In this document: positions 52,916 through 64,000 of the stretch, one piece after another
How positions within the stretch are numbered: position 1 is the first letter of the stretch
Layout: each line of letters begins with the position of its first letter
The notes under the pieces: generated by a model
The model's input: only the letters and a program-made list of their open reading frames with translations
Databases searched by the model: none
What the model was told of the DNA's origin: nothing
Translations under genes and position numbers: made by a program
Source of the DNA: Octopus vulgaris
Lineage: Eukaryota
Direction of reading: 5' to 3'
NCBI GenBank assembly: GCA_951406725.2
Contig: OX597828.1
Coordinates: 61,132,001 to 61,196,000 of the forward strand
DNA: 64,000 bases

Positions 52916-53649
52916 ATGTGTGTGTGTGTACAATATGTATGCCTGTGCACGTCAACATGCATATATGTATGTGTGTGCATGATTATGTATGTGGTTTTTG
53001 TGCTTTTCCTGTGTGCACGTCATTCTCAACAATGTTTAATTTCTACGTGTTTACGTGATCCGGGTATATGTGTGTGTCTGAATAGCTACGTGTATGTATG
53101 TGTGTGAATGATTGTTTATCTCAACGTTTTTTTCAGGTATCGTTTACATATGCGTGTATGAATGTATGTATGTGAGCGCAAGCATGCTTAACTGTATATA
53201 TGCCCTAAGAATATCGGTGTGTGAGATAAATGGGTACCAATATGTGCGTCTAGAAATCACTGGTCTTGTGTAATTATGTGTGTGTTCATATATTTGGCAT
53301 TTATAAAGCAATGATCAAAATATTTAATAAATTAACTGATCGGCTTTCAAGTTATACGACACTGCCAATAGAAATCTGCTTGTGTGTGACGTAGAATTGT
53401 TGTTTGTCAATTTGTTGCCCCTATCAATAAATTGTTGTATATCTATCAGAATATAAGAAGGGAAAACTTGGATTTATCCAGTTTGAAAAGGATGCATGTA
53501 CTTTCGTCACTTGATAGATTGATAATAAGAGGCAACTCAAGATATTCAGTATAGTTAAAGAAATTTAAAGAACACAAAGATATTGGATAAATTTGAATAC
53601 GCCTTTTGATATTTATAAGGAAACTATCAATGTATTAAATAAGCGCAGG

Positions 53650-53812
53650 TAAGACGTTGTGTGGTAAGGAGCTTACTTCTTAACCACTTGGTTCCGGGTT
53701 AAGTCCCACTGCGTGGCACCTTGTGGGGGCAAATGTCTTCCACTATAGCCTCGGGCAGACTAAAACCTTGTGAGTGGATTTAGTTGACGGAAACTGAAAG
53801 AAGCCTGTTGTA
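53650..53812 (+). mobile_element. tRNA/CORE SINE 5' half
   Basis: Family match to 51058-51205. Confidence 0.82.
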
Positions 53813-53820
53813 TATATACA

Positions 53821-54225
53821 TACCCAGTCAACAAAACCATATAGGGCCGATATCAAACCGATGTTGTTACCTACATCGGCCCTACATCCGAAATTGTATC
53901 GGTTTGATTTCGGCCCGATCTCATTTTGCAACACGGCGCAACATCGGGCCGACGTATTCCCCGATGTCGAGCCGATATAAATTTGAGGTTGGGCTGATGG
54001 TAAATTTTGGTCGCTTACATCGAGTTGACATCAGCCCAATTCACATATTCACATCAAGGTGACATCGATCCGATATGAAAATCAGGTCGGGCTGATGTAA
54101 GGTTGTTCAACTTGAGAAGTTTCAATATCGGCCTGAAATACATTCAATATCTGGCTCCGAAATACATTCAAGGATGGGCTAATTAATGTATGATTAAACA
54201 TTTATACGGGTTCGACATCGGCCGC
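53821..54225. mobile_element. MITE-like element with dispersed ATCGG/CCGAT motifs
   Basis: Starts acccag; many gccgat/atcggc(cc) motifs in both orientations. Confidence 0.5.
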
Positions 54226-54597
54226 ACCTTATGTTCTCCATAGTATTGCACCAGATCCCTGGCATGAATTGCTCTGATTCCAGCCTCACCTACCCAGCGT
54301 TTGAAAATAAATGTGTAATATTGTTTCAATTTACAGCCAATAAGGACCAGCCACTGCTAAACAAACAATATTAAATTTATTTTGAAGATGTAAGTGTATG
54401 AGCATCAGTTTACCTGGCATGTGTATGGGATTATCTAAAAAGATCATGTAGAAACCGCCAGAAAAAAATTCAGAAAATGGACAACTCATTTTTCTTTTAA
54501 AACATCATTTATTTTACCTATATATATATACTAGCTGAAGGTGACCCGCTCTACGCGCGGGTAAGAGTGTGGTTGTTACTTTCTGTTGCTTCCTTTC

Positions 54598-54913
54598 AGC
54601 ACGTAAAAAGCACCATCCGAACGTGGCCGATTGCAGCGCCGCCATGACTGGCTTCTGTGCCGGTGGCACGTAAAAAGCACCAACCGATCGTGGCCGCTGC
54701 CAGCCCTCCTGGCACCTGTGCCGGCGGCACGAAAAAAGCACCCACTACACTCACAGAGTGGTTGGCGTTAGGAAGGGCATCCACCGGTAGAAACACTGCC
54801 AGATCAGACTGGAGCCTGGTGCAGCCTCCTGGCTTCCCAGACCCCGGTCAAACTGTCCAACCCGTGCTAGCACGGAAAACGGACGTTAAACGATGATGAT
54901 GATGATGATGATG
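54598..54913 (+). mobile_element. SINE 3' part with triplicated gcacgtaaaaagcacc unit and (GAT)n tail
   Basis: Interrupts the Helitron arm; ggttggcgttaggaagggcatcc motif; tail shared with 12204-12262. Confidence 0.8.
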
Positions 54914-55610
54914 ATTCTCCCTCTTTGTTTCTCTCTCCTTTCTCTCTCACTTTCCCCACTCTCTTACTCTTCTTTTCTCTCGGACTCTCCCTAGCTTTCT
55001 CTTACTCTCAATCTTTATCTATCTCTCTCCCATTTATAAACAACAAAAGATCTTGAGTAAGTTGAGAAATAAAATATTTAGGAAGATCAATCAAATATCA
55101 GGCAGTAACAACGGAAAGGTCTGTTTCAAGGCAGACAGCAAAACACTAACATTTAAAAGGGACAGACGAACTTGCGAGCTGAATAAAAATAATAAAATAT
55201 TGGAAACCAAAGTTTGAAGGGATAGAATCTGAGGATAGTAGAATCACCATGGCTGGCATTTCTTAGCGACGGACAGCAATGTATTGACAGTTTAACGGCT
55301 GGCGTAAAATTTTGAACTTGATGTAAAAGAAAATCCCTAAACACCAAGTCTTGAAGTGATTCTTTCTCACGACAGTAGACTCACCATGGCAAGCATTCAA
55401 AACTTCATCATGGACGGCAACACATTGACGATTAAAAGGCTGGCGCAAATTTTTTAGCTTGATGTAACAGAGAATTGCTAAACACCCGCTCCTTTAAATT
55501 TTAATCCCCTTCCAGCCCCATTTAGACCCTTTTTCACATTTTGGTTAATATAACCCGATTTCATTTGGGTCTACTGGGGCCACATTTTATAAGATGAGGA
55601 CTCAGCCAAA

Positions 55611-56021
55611 TTTCTCGAGTTCTGGTCATAGACCATAGAACACTCAACCAAGTTTCCCGAGTTCAGGTCATAGACCATAGAACAGTCAAGCAAGTTTCCC
55701 GAGTTCTGGTCATAGACCATAGAACAGTCAAGCAAGTTTCCCGAGTTCTGGTCATAGACCATAGAACAGCCAAGCAAGTTTCCCCGAGTTCTTGTCATAG
55801 ACCATAGAACAGTCAAGCAAGTTTCCCGAGTTCTGGTCATAGACCATAGAACAGTCAAGCAAGTTTCCCGAGTTCTGGTCATAGACCATAGAACAGTCAA
55901 GCAAGTTTTCCGAGTTCTGGTCATAGACCATAGAATAGTCAAGCAAGTTTCCCGAGTTCTGGTCATAGACCATAGAACAGTCAAGCAAGCTTCCCGAGTT
56001 CTGGTCATAGACCATAGAACA
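55611..56021. repeat. 42-bp minisatellite, ~9.6 copies
   Basis: Unit gagttctggtcatagaccatagaacagtcaagcaagtttccc, head-to-tail with no spacers. Confidence 0.97.
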
Positions 56022-57989
56022 CTTAGCTAAAATCTAGTTTCTACCTAGTCTGAGCCAATCAATCCGCCGCAGTCTTCATCCACACAGAGCTTACTCAACC
56101 ATGTTCCAGTTCCAGCGACAGACGACCAGACCAGCCAGTCATGTTCCTGCTCCAGTCAATGACGACGCTAACATACACCAGCAACGCCACCGACGCCTTC
56201 ATCTCAACGTCGCCTTTCTCTGCCGTCGCCATCACCATCGTCGTCCTTCACCTTCACGTCGTCTCCATCTCCGTCGCCTTCATCTCCAGCAACACTAATA
56301 TGTACAAAGCACTCATTCAGGTTTAGCTTTCACGCTGTTATGATTTTCACCGAGGTTAACAGCACACACCGAGGTTAACCTGCGAGATATTCTGTACTAA
56401 TGTAACCTGACACAGCATTGAAGCCACAACCGCTACACGACATGTGTTCAACCGGCATCTGCACTTGTGATCCGAACATCCTGTTATAGAACGAACTGCT
56501 ATTATATACTTTACTACGAACCGGTAAATTAACTCCATCTTGTCTGAAATACCCTGAGAGACTTTTCCTATGCGCTGTATTTTGTTTTGCCCGCATACAC
56601 CTTGTTTGTACTTCTGTCGCACACACGAACACACATAGTTAATACACACACAAATGCTATCTCTGTCACATTCATACGCCACACATGCATTTCTCGCTTG
56701 TTTTCCATGCTCAATGTGCCCTTGTAAACACAACTCATCTCTGTAAGACCCTAGGTCGGTCACGCATACATAGAGAAAGTTCTTTGTCCCTTACAACGCG
56801 CCAGCATGCCACACTTTTGTTCCTGCACGACCGAGGCATATAATAGCTCAAGCACTGGCTGGCAGCCTCAGCCTTACTGCATTAATCACTGGCATATTCA
56901 ATACTGTACACTGTATTTCAGCCTAGCAAGCCCTATTGCACTCATGCACCTCTGTTCTGCACGTGTACTCCCTTGTTTTGCAACACGTCAGCTCAATTCT
57001 TCTCCCGACTCAAAGCACGTCGGATGTTAACATGCGCTGCGCTCATGTTTAGGCATAATTTTCCCCTGTTAGACCCCTGTTGGTCACGTAATTAACAGAG
57101 AAAATTATCTGTCTCGCACCCAAGTTGCACCCAAAAAGTGTAAAGAAGCAACCAGTTCCCTTTACGTAATTATCAAAAAATATTAAAATGTTTAATATAC
57201 ATAAATACAGATATATACACTTTGTATATATACATTATATATACATATTTATATATAGAACACACACACACACACACATATATAAACGCACGTTGGTGTG
57301 TTCTGTTTGTATTTGGTTGATCGGCGCGTTGACAGGTAGACAATAGAATGCGATGGCGATGGCGATGGATTATTTGTTTCTCTCTATGAATGCAGACAGA
57401 TACATAAGTGAAAATTATGGGAAGGTAAGAAATAGAGTGAGTGAAAATGTGCTGGAAAGACCATAGAACATAGCGAGAGTGAGTTGAGGAAGACAGATAC
57501 ATTAAATAACGGGAGTGGATTGTCAAAGTTATAAATGAAGGGGAGTTAGAGGGGAAAGGAGGAAACAGCGTGAGTGAGGAAGATGGCCCCTAGCAACCAC
57601 ACCTTTTAAGATAGGGATTTCTAAGGTAGCCCACGGGCATCGTCACCTCATTTTACATGTCCCTGTAAATTTTGGAGCGAATCGGATGGGATGTAGTGGC
57701 ATTGAAAGCGATCCAAGCGGTAAAAACGCACTTCAGTTTTATATAGAGAGATAAAAGAGGCTTTGGGTCAAAATTGTGTGCACATTTCGCTACGTCAGAG
57801 ATTGGCAGCCAGACCAGTGATCGGATCGAGCTGCAAATTGACATAGGCATAGAAGGCGTAATGAAGCAGAGAGTTGAGTAGGTTAAAACTCGCCATCTGG
57901 AAAGATGCGGTTGCTATGGTGAGAAGAGTGATTTTTTTATCGATTCAAGGGGGGTTCTAAGCCCTTCCAGATTAGTGCGATTGGCATCT

Positions 57990-58816
57990 AATCTAATCTA
58001 TAAAATGAAGAAGGCGAACGTTGATACAAATTGGATTTTTATGTAAAAAGGGGTCTAAATGGGGGTGGAAGGAGATTAAAATTTACAGGAGGGGGTAACT
58101 TGAGATGAGAAATTGATTGGGAGACGTTTTGGGGCGTTACAGTGGTTACTTTGCTGTGAAAACGGGGATTTTATTGATTTTTAGGGACACTTCGGGGTCT
58201 AGATTGGACACCTTTTGCCCGATTTCAATCATATTTTCAACATGGTGAAGTGGAAGCGGATTTGTAATTTAAGCGAGGAAAATGGGTTCGAAATTTTGAA
58301 AATTAAGGCAAGATTTTTGAGTTGAAAAAATTTTTTTTATTGTTTACAGTTTTCATTTTTTCTGAAAGAAATTTACAGCTGCTAGTAGCCCGTGTTTAGA
58401 GCTTTTATTTGCATGGTCAATCGTCGAAAAATTCCCAAAATAAGTACTAAATTTAACAAAGAAATCCCCCCCCCCTTATTTCTAATCGCTCAAATAGTGG
58501 TACGTACAAAAGGCAAGTTGCTTTCCGTTGTCACTGCCTGATATTTATGATTGATCTTTCAAAATATTTTCTTACTCAACTTACTTAAGATCTTTTGTTT
58601 TTTTTTATAAATGGGAGAGAGATAGATAGAGAAAGATAGAGAGTCAGATAAAGCGAGGGAGAGTCCGAGAGAAAGGAAGAGCAAGAGAGTAGGTAAGTGA
58701 GAGAGAAAGGAGAGAGAAACAAAGAGGGAGAATGTGGCGATAAGAAACAGAAAGGAAGCAACAGAAAGTAACAACCACACCCTCACCCGCGCGTAGAGTG
58801 GGTCACCTTAAGCTAG
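57990..58816 (+). mobile_element. Non-autonomous Helitron, related to and divergent from 54531-57750
   Basis: Ends acccgcgcgtagagtgggt..agCTAG; 58560-58816 is the inverted homologue of 54531-55090. Confidence 0.7.
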
Positions 58817-59196
58817 TAAAGTATAACTTTAAAAAATGACTATTTATAACATAACAAAAGTAAATCACAACATTTAAATGTTAATAAAAATGAAGACAAA
58901 ATATATGGCCAATATACACTGTAAAACTAAGATATTTATTTCATTGGTGTTAAGGTTATTTATACAGCTGTGGCTTTTTGTGTATGGGTAGTAAATGTAT
59001 ACGGTGAAAACTTATATTTAGGGAAAATTTTCACGCGTTAGTTTCTTAACTTGCGCAGGATACGCGCATATATATATGTGTGTGTGCGCGCATTTGCGTG
59101 TGTGTGTCTGTGTTTGTGTGTGTGTGCGTGTGTATGTATGTATGCATGTATGTATGTATGTATGTATGTATGTATGTATGTATGTATGTATGTACA

Positions 59197-59790
59197 TTAA
59201 TGTAAATTTACAGGGATATATTATCCGGGCCAATACCGTGGTGGCTCTCAGTTACGTTCCAAGTTTATGGCTAACAGCATCGATTAGTATTTAACGTCTA
59301 TGACTACCTTGAATCGCCACTCACGCTGTAAATTCCTCCGATAGGTAATTCCATGCTCTCTTCTCTGGATAGAAATATTATTTGAAGTGTATATTTGTAA
59401 TAATGATAACGGTATAGAATATAGAGGCTTGGTCATCCTCAAAATTTACCTATATGTTTTAGTACTCCACCTTGGTCACTCGTTGAAATTAGAAAATTAA
59501 TATTTTTGCGAGTTTAGTGGAATATATTGGCCGGGAGGATACTGAGGTGGCTCTCAGTTATGTTCCAGGTTACGGCTGACACGTTAAATACTAATCGATG
59601 CTGTTAGCCGTAACCTAGAGTATAACTGAGAGCCACCGAAGTATCCAACCGGATAATATATCCTTTTAAGCTCACATTAATATGAATTCTCGAATTTCAA
59701 CGAGCGACTAAGGTGGAACACCGAAATATGGAGAGAAATGTTGAGGAAGGACAAGTCTCAATATTCTATATCACTATAATTATAACTAAT
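59197..59790. repeat. Diverged foldback with partial third copy
   Basis: 59395-59581 is inverted to 59602-59790; 59197-59297 is inverted to 59581-59680. Confidence 0.85.
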
Positions 59791-59869
59791 CTCTCTCTCT
59801 CTCTATTGATATAAATGTTAAGACAACAAAAGAATGAAAGAGACCTCGGTATTATGTAAATAGAGGAAT

Positions 59870-59930
59870 TTATCTGTAAATGTAATATGTGACAATTCGA
59901 ATAATTGTCACATATTACATTTACAGATAA
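59870..59930. repeat. Perfect 28-bp hairpin with 5-nt loop
   Basis: ttatctgtaaatgtaatatgtgacaatt-cgaat-aattgtcacatattacatttacagataa. Confidence 0.95.
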
Positions 59931-59934
59931 TCTC

Positions 59935-61330
59935 TCTCTCTATATATATAAAATTCTTTGTCTGTCTGTCTGTCCGCCTGTATGTCTGTCTGTTCCCTAT
60001 ACATTCTTAAACGGCTCCACCGAATCAAATCAAATCAAATTTTACAAGGTAATAATGTCAACATGTAATTTTTATTTTTATTGGGATTAAAACAATATAA
60101 CATTTTCTCGAAAATAATCTTTCTATAGTCAACTATATAGCAAAGGACATTTTATACCACGACGACGACAACGTTGACGACATCACATTTCGTGTGAGTA
60201 TGTGTGTGTGTGTGTGTGTGTGTTTGCGCTTTTGTTATGTACGAAATAAGAACCGACATTTTATACCACGCCGACGACACATTTTGTATAGGAGTATGTA
60301 TGTGTCTGTCAGTGTGTGTGTGTGTGTGTTCAAGCTTTCGTTACGTACGACATAGTGAAGGATATTTTATACCATCACCACCACCAAGACATGACACATT
60401 TGTATATGAGTGTGTATGAGTCTGTGAGTGTGTGTGTTTGGGCGTTCCTTACGCTAATGTATATATGTGTGTGTCTGTCTTAGTATATATATGTCACTGT
60501 ATTTGAGAGTGTATATGTACGTCAGTGTATGTGATAGTATATGTGTGTGTGAATGTATGTATGATTGTCAATCACACTTATGTAATCTGGCTATTTGAAA
60601 GAGCCATGATGTTTCCAACTAATGAAATGGTTGATGAACTTAATCATGAACATCAAAAGTTAGCAGATACATCAGAAGTCATTTTTCCACCAATTCACGC
60701 GACAGTTGATCATGATCAAGCTGTTCAATACCCTGTTGAATTTCTGAACACACTTAAACCCACTGGGATGCCACTGCATAACATGACACTAAAGCTGGAT
60801 GCTCCCATTATGTTGCTTAGGAATTTGACCCACCTCGCCTGTATAATGGAACTCGCTTAATTGTTACTTTCATGTAGCAACATGTCCTACAGGCAACAAT
60901 CATAACAGCTAGTCACAAAGAAGACAATGTCTTTATTCCAAAATTTCCTCTCATACCCACAGATGCTCCATTTGAATTTAAGAGGCTAGTTTTGGTATTT
61001 CAGTCAACAAATCTCAGGGTCAATCCTCAAGGTAGTTGGACTTCATCTCTCTACTACATGCTTCTGCCATGGACAATTCTATGCTGGTTGCTCACGAGTT
61101 GGAAGCAGCACAATTTATTCATTTGGACACCAACAAAAGATTACCCTGAGGTGGTTTAAGATTCCCAGATTTTCAGTTCTAAATTCTATTACCATTACAA
61201 TTTGGATATTTTAAAATAAAATATAGATATTTTGAAATAATTATAAGAAAAATACATATCCTCATGTTTATTGTTTACTAATCTGAATAAGAACAGTAGT
61301 AACCCGGGTAACACCGGGTAATTCAGCTAG
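59935..61330 (+). mobile_element. Internally deleted Helitron with PIF1-like helicase remnant
   Basis: 5' TCtatatatataaaa plus (GTCT)n; ERAMMFPTNEMVDELN, YPVEFLNTL..GMPLH..PIMLLRNL, NKSQGQ and FCHGQFYAGCSRV; hairpin plus CTAG at 61330. Confidence 0.88.
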
Positions 61331-61331
61331 T

Positions 61332-61395
<64 letters not shown>

Positions 61396-61396
<1 letters not shown>

Positions 61397-63975
61397 GTCT
61401 GTTGAGGACATAGTGTCCGCTTTACGGATTATGAAATAGAGATCAACTAGTATTATCAATAATATATTGTGAGAATTCTCCCAATATATAGGGATAAACA
61501 ATCGAATATATAATTATAACTAAAAGAAAACGAGAAAAATATTGTGGGTACTTATTTTATTTGTATCACAATATGAACATAGCAAGTAGTTTAATGCAGA
61601 TAACATATAAATGAATATACATTAACGTAAAATAAAATAAAATATGCGCAAGAGGTGCCTACATATATCTCAATCTGGTCCTATGTAAATATTGCTTCGG
61701 AATATTCGAACCTTGTTAAGAGTTTTAGATGTAAAAAATAACAACAAAGTGTCCAGATATCTTCAGGTCGATCTCGTTCAAAAGGCTAATGCTTACATAT
61801 TTTTCTCACGGGAATACACGCTTTCTTGATAAGATGGATGAGAACAATATATTCATATGTTGAGTTTCTACGTAATTTAAACCTTAGTTTGTTAGAAAAG
61901 CGAGAAGGAACGCCGATGTGGTAATAGTGGGCGGTATCAGCTAATCAAAACTTTCTAAAAACCTATTAGGGATTTTAAAAAAAGACGGCCAAGTGTTTAG
62001 ATGAATATTATGCAACCAATACTTGCCTGGATAAATCTATGTCTATTCTTATCTATTCTATGGAACTAGTTGATTGCTTCTTGTGTACTAGACCACAGAT
62101 CAAATCTTAATTTATTCCTAAGTTGGACTATATATATATCAAGAGATAATGAGGATAGACATAGATTTTTAAATGATTACTACTACTCAATAAATCCCAC
62201 AGTACCAAACAGTGCCCTAATCTTTGCTAAGAGTCATACTAACCTATCTCCCCATGAAATTAATATACTTACAGCGCGTAAATCATTAATTAATTTCACA
62301 ATAAATACTGCGCTAAGAATGACGCACCTATTGCTTTGACATACCCATGGGCTCGACCGACTCGGCGCAAGTCACCGATATTGTAGGAATATATTTACTG
62401 AATAAGTTTAATAGTGAATTCCCGAAAATGGTTGGGCGTGCTATACCGAGATGATGCATTATTTATTACTAAACCTACCAATAATAGAAAACGAGAAAAT
62501 TATTAGAAAAATTTTATAAATTCTTCAACAGGTTTGGGCTTAAAAATTCTGTCGAAAATGAGAAGAGCTCAGTAAACTCTCTAGATGTTAACCTTAACTT
62601 ACTCACAGGTATCCATGCATCATATCATAAACTCAATTCTAAACTGATATATATAGATATTGAAAGTAATCATTAGAAAGAATAACAAATTGCTTAGTTA
62701 AGAATATTCAACGTAGAATTAACTATCTTAATTCTAGTCAAGAGATTTTTAATATAAATAAGGACTATTATAACATAGCATTGGCTAAGGTAGGGCAAGA
62801 TTCAAACAAAACATTAAAATTGACACACATAAAGATAAACCATAAACTGACTACTAGGTAAATGAAAATTTGATAATGATAAATAAGAATGAACCAAAAA
62901 CTAACATTAATAAGCATTAATAAAACTATTACAATTATCACGATAATGAAAAATCGAATTACATCCAACAGGAATCCAGCTACCGACTGAACAATCTAAA
63001 AACTAAAATATCATTAAAACAAAAAAGATATTCCATATATTAAACATACACAAGGAAACAACGAAGAATACCAGAACAAGAATGATAATAATAATATCTG
63101 GCTTATATTACTTTACGACCAGCAGATAAGGACTAACCTCATCCGAATAAGTCGTTCAATCATTGATAAACATTTCACTTCTAATAAATGTTCTATAATT
63201 AATAATAAAATAATACGAATTGGATTTTAGTAACTAGAAAACCCTATTCAGACATATATCCTCCTTTAATAATGTAAAACTTGACGCATACTATACAAAT
63301 AGAAATAATCCACCCTCCAAATATGAACAAATGATATCCAAACAAACATAAATGACAGATATAATATATCCAGACGACACAGGAACAATAATACCAACAC
63401 AAATAACACATTTTATAACTATTTAAATGCTTTCCGTGATTGTAGGTTTAAAGAAAAATATAAATTTAAGAATTACTGTAAACGTAAAAACCTAGTATAC
63501 CAAGCAACCGTTGAAGCGGAAGGCAAATATTTCTATCATGTCGGAACAACCTCGTGTTATGTGAAATCTAGACTTGCGAACCATCAGACCTCCTTTAGAA
63601 ATGCTAATAAACGAAATAGTACTGGCCTAAGTATATTTACCTGGAAACTAAAAGATAGCAATATAACTTATAAAATTAAATGGAAAATTCTAAGCAATGC
63701 TCATGCGTACAAACCACCGGCCAAAACTTGCTCACTTTGCTGAGATGTGATGTACAACATTTTATTTTCTAAGAATAAACTTTTAAATAATAGTTCCAGA
63801 AAACCTCCCAAAGCCTTACATGTGCACAAATATATTTTTTCTAAATATAAATGATTCACCACTTCCTTTCTAGCAAAATAATAGTTCTAACAAATCTAAT
63901 TATACATACTTTCCACCTTAATCACATATTGTAAGTTTACCTATATAAGTACATATAGTTGCATAAAATTCATGT
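61396..63975 (+). mobile_element. Decayed Penelope-like element (RT plus GIY-YIG) between (TA)n tracts
   Basis: ILTARKSL, FDIPMGSTDSAQVTDIVGIYLL, LYRDDAL, LDVNLNL; NLVYQATV..HVGTT..KSRLANHQTSFRN..STGLSIFTWKLK..IKWKIL..CSLC. Confidence 0.88.
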
Positions 63976-64000
63976 ATATATATATATATATCCATACCAT

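Larger units (their letters stand above)
54531..57750 (-). mobile_element. Large non-autonomous Helitron-like element
   Basis: 3' hairpin plus CTAG at 54531; candidate 5' end TCtctatataaaactg at ~57750; 3' part homologous to 58040-58816. Confidence 0.65.

Noticed and set aside
55611-56021. Possible CRISPR array or repeat-protein gene (MVYDQNSGNLLDCS)n
   Set aside because: Units are contiguous with no unique spacers, no cas genes are present, and the context is eukaryotic. The ORFs arise from the 42-bp period and are broken by a 1-bp indel.
56101-56326. His/Arg-rich short ORFs
   Set aside because: Degenerate trinucleotide (CGT/CAT/CAC) low-complexity sequence with no gene evidence.
63740-63745. 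In-frame TGA next to CSLC as possible selenocysteine
   Set aside because: The element has many other stops and frameshifts, the TGA does not replace a conserved Cys, and no SECIS was identified.

Overview
This is an AT-rich, microsatellite-saturated eukaryotic region with no recognisable host gene. The SINE families and repeat landscape look like a coleoid cephalopod (Octopus-like) genome, which is an inference. Nearly all of it is nested, mostly decayed transposable elements: five R4/Dong-type RLE LINE copies (four bounded by (AAT)n runs), four Penelope-like (RT plus C-terminal GIY-YIG) relics, several L1/Tx1-type pieces, Helitron fragments and non-autonomous Helitrons, a mariner, a Chapaev3-like DNA transposon and tRNA-derived SINEs. 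The most striking signal is a set of short non-coding inserts at (TA)n/(CA)n tracts carrying minimal type-I hammerhead ribozymes: 7 motifs at 5 loci, from otherwise unrelated sequence families. Two of these inserts are near-perfect foldback palindromes with an outward-pointing hammerhead on each strand. Second, two ORF1-only L1/Tx1-like elements sit in tandem at the same duplicated site of a SINE head. Coordinates were read by eye and may be off by a few bases at element edges.
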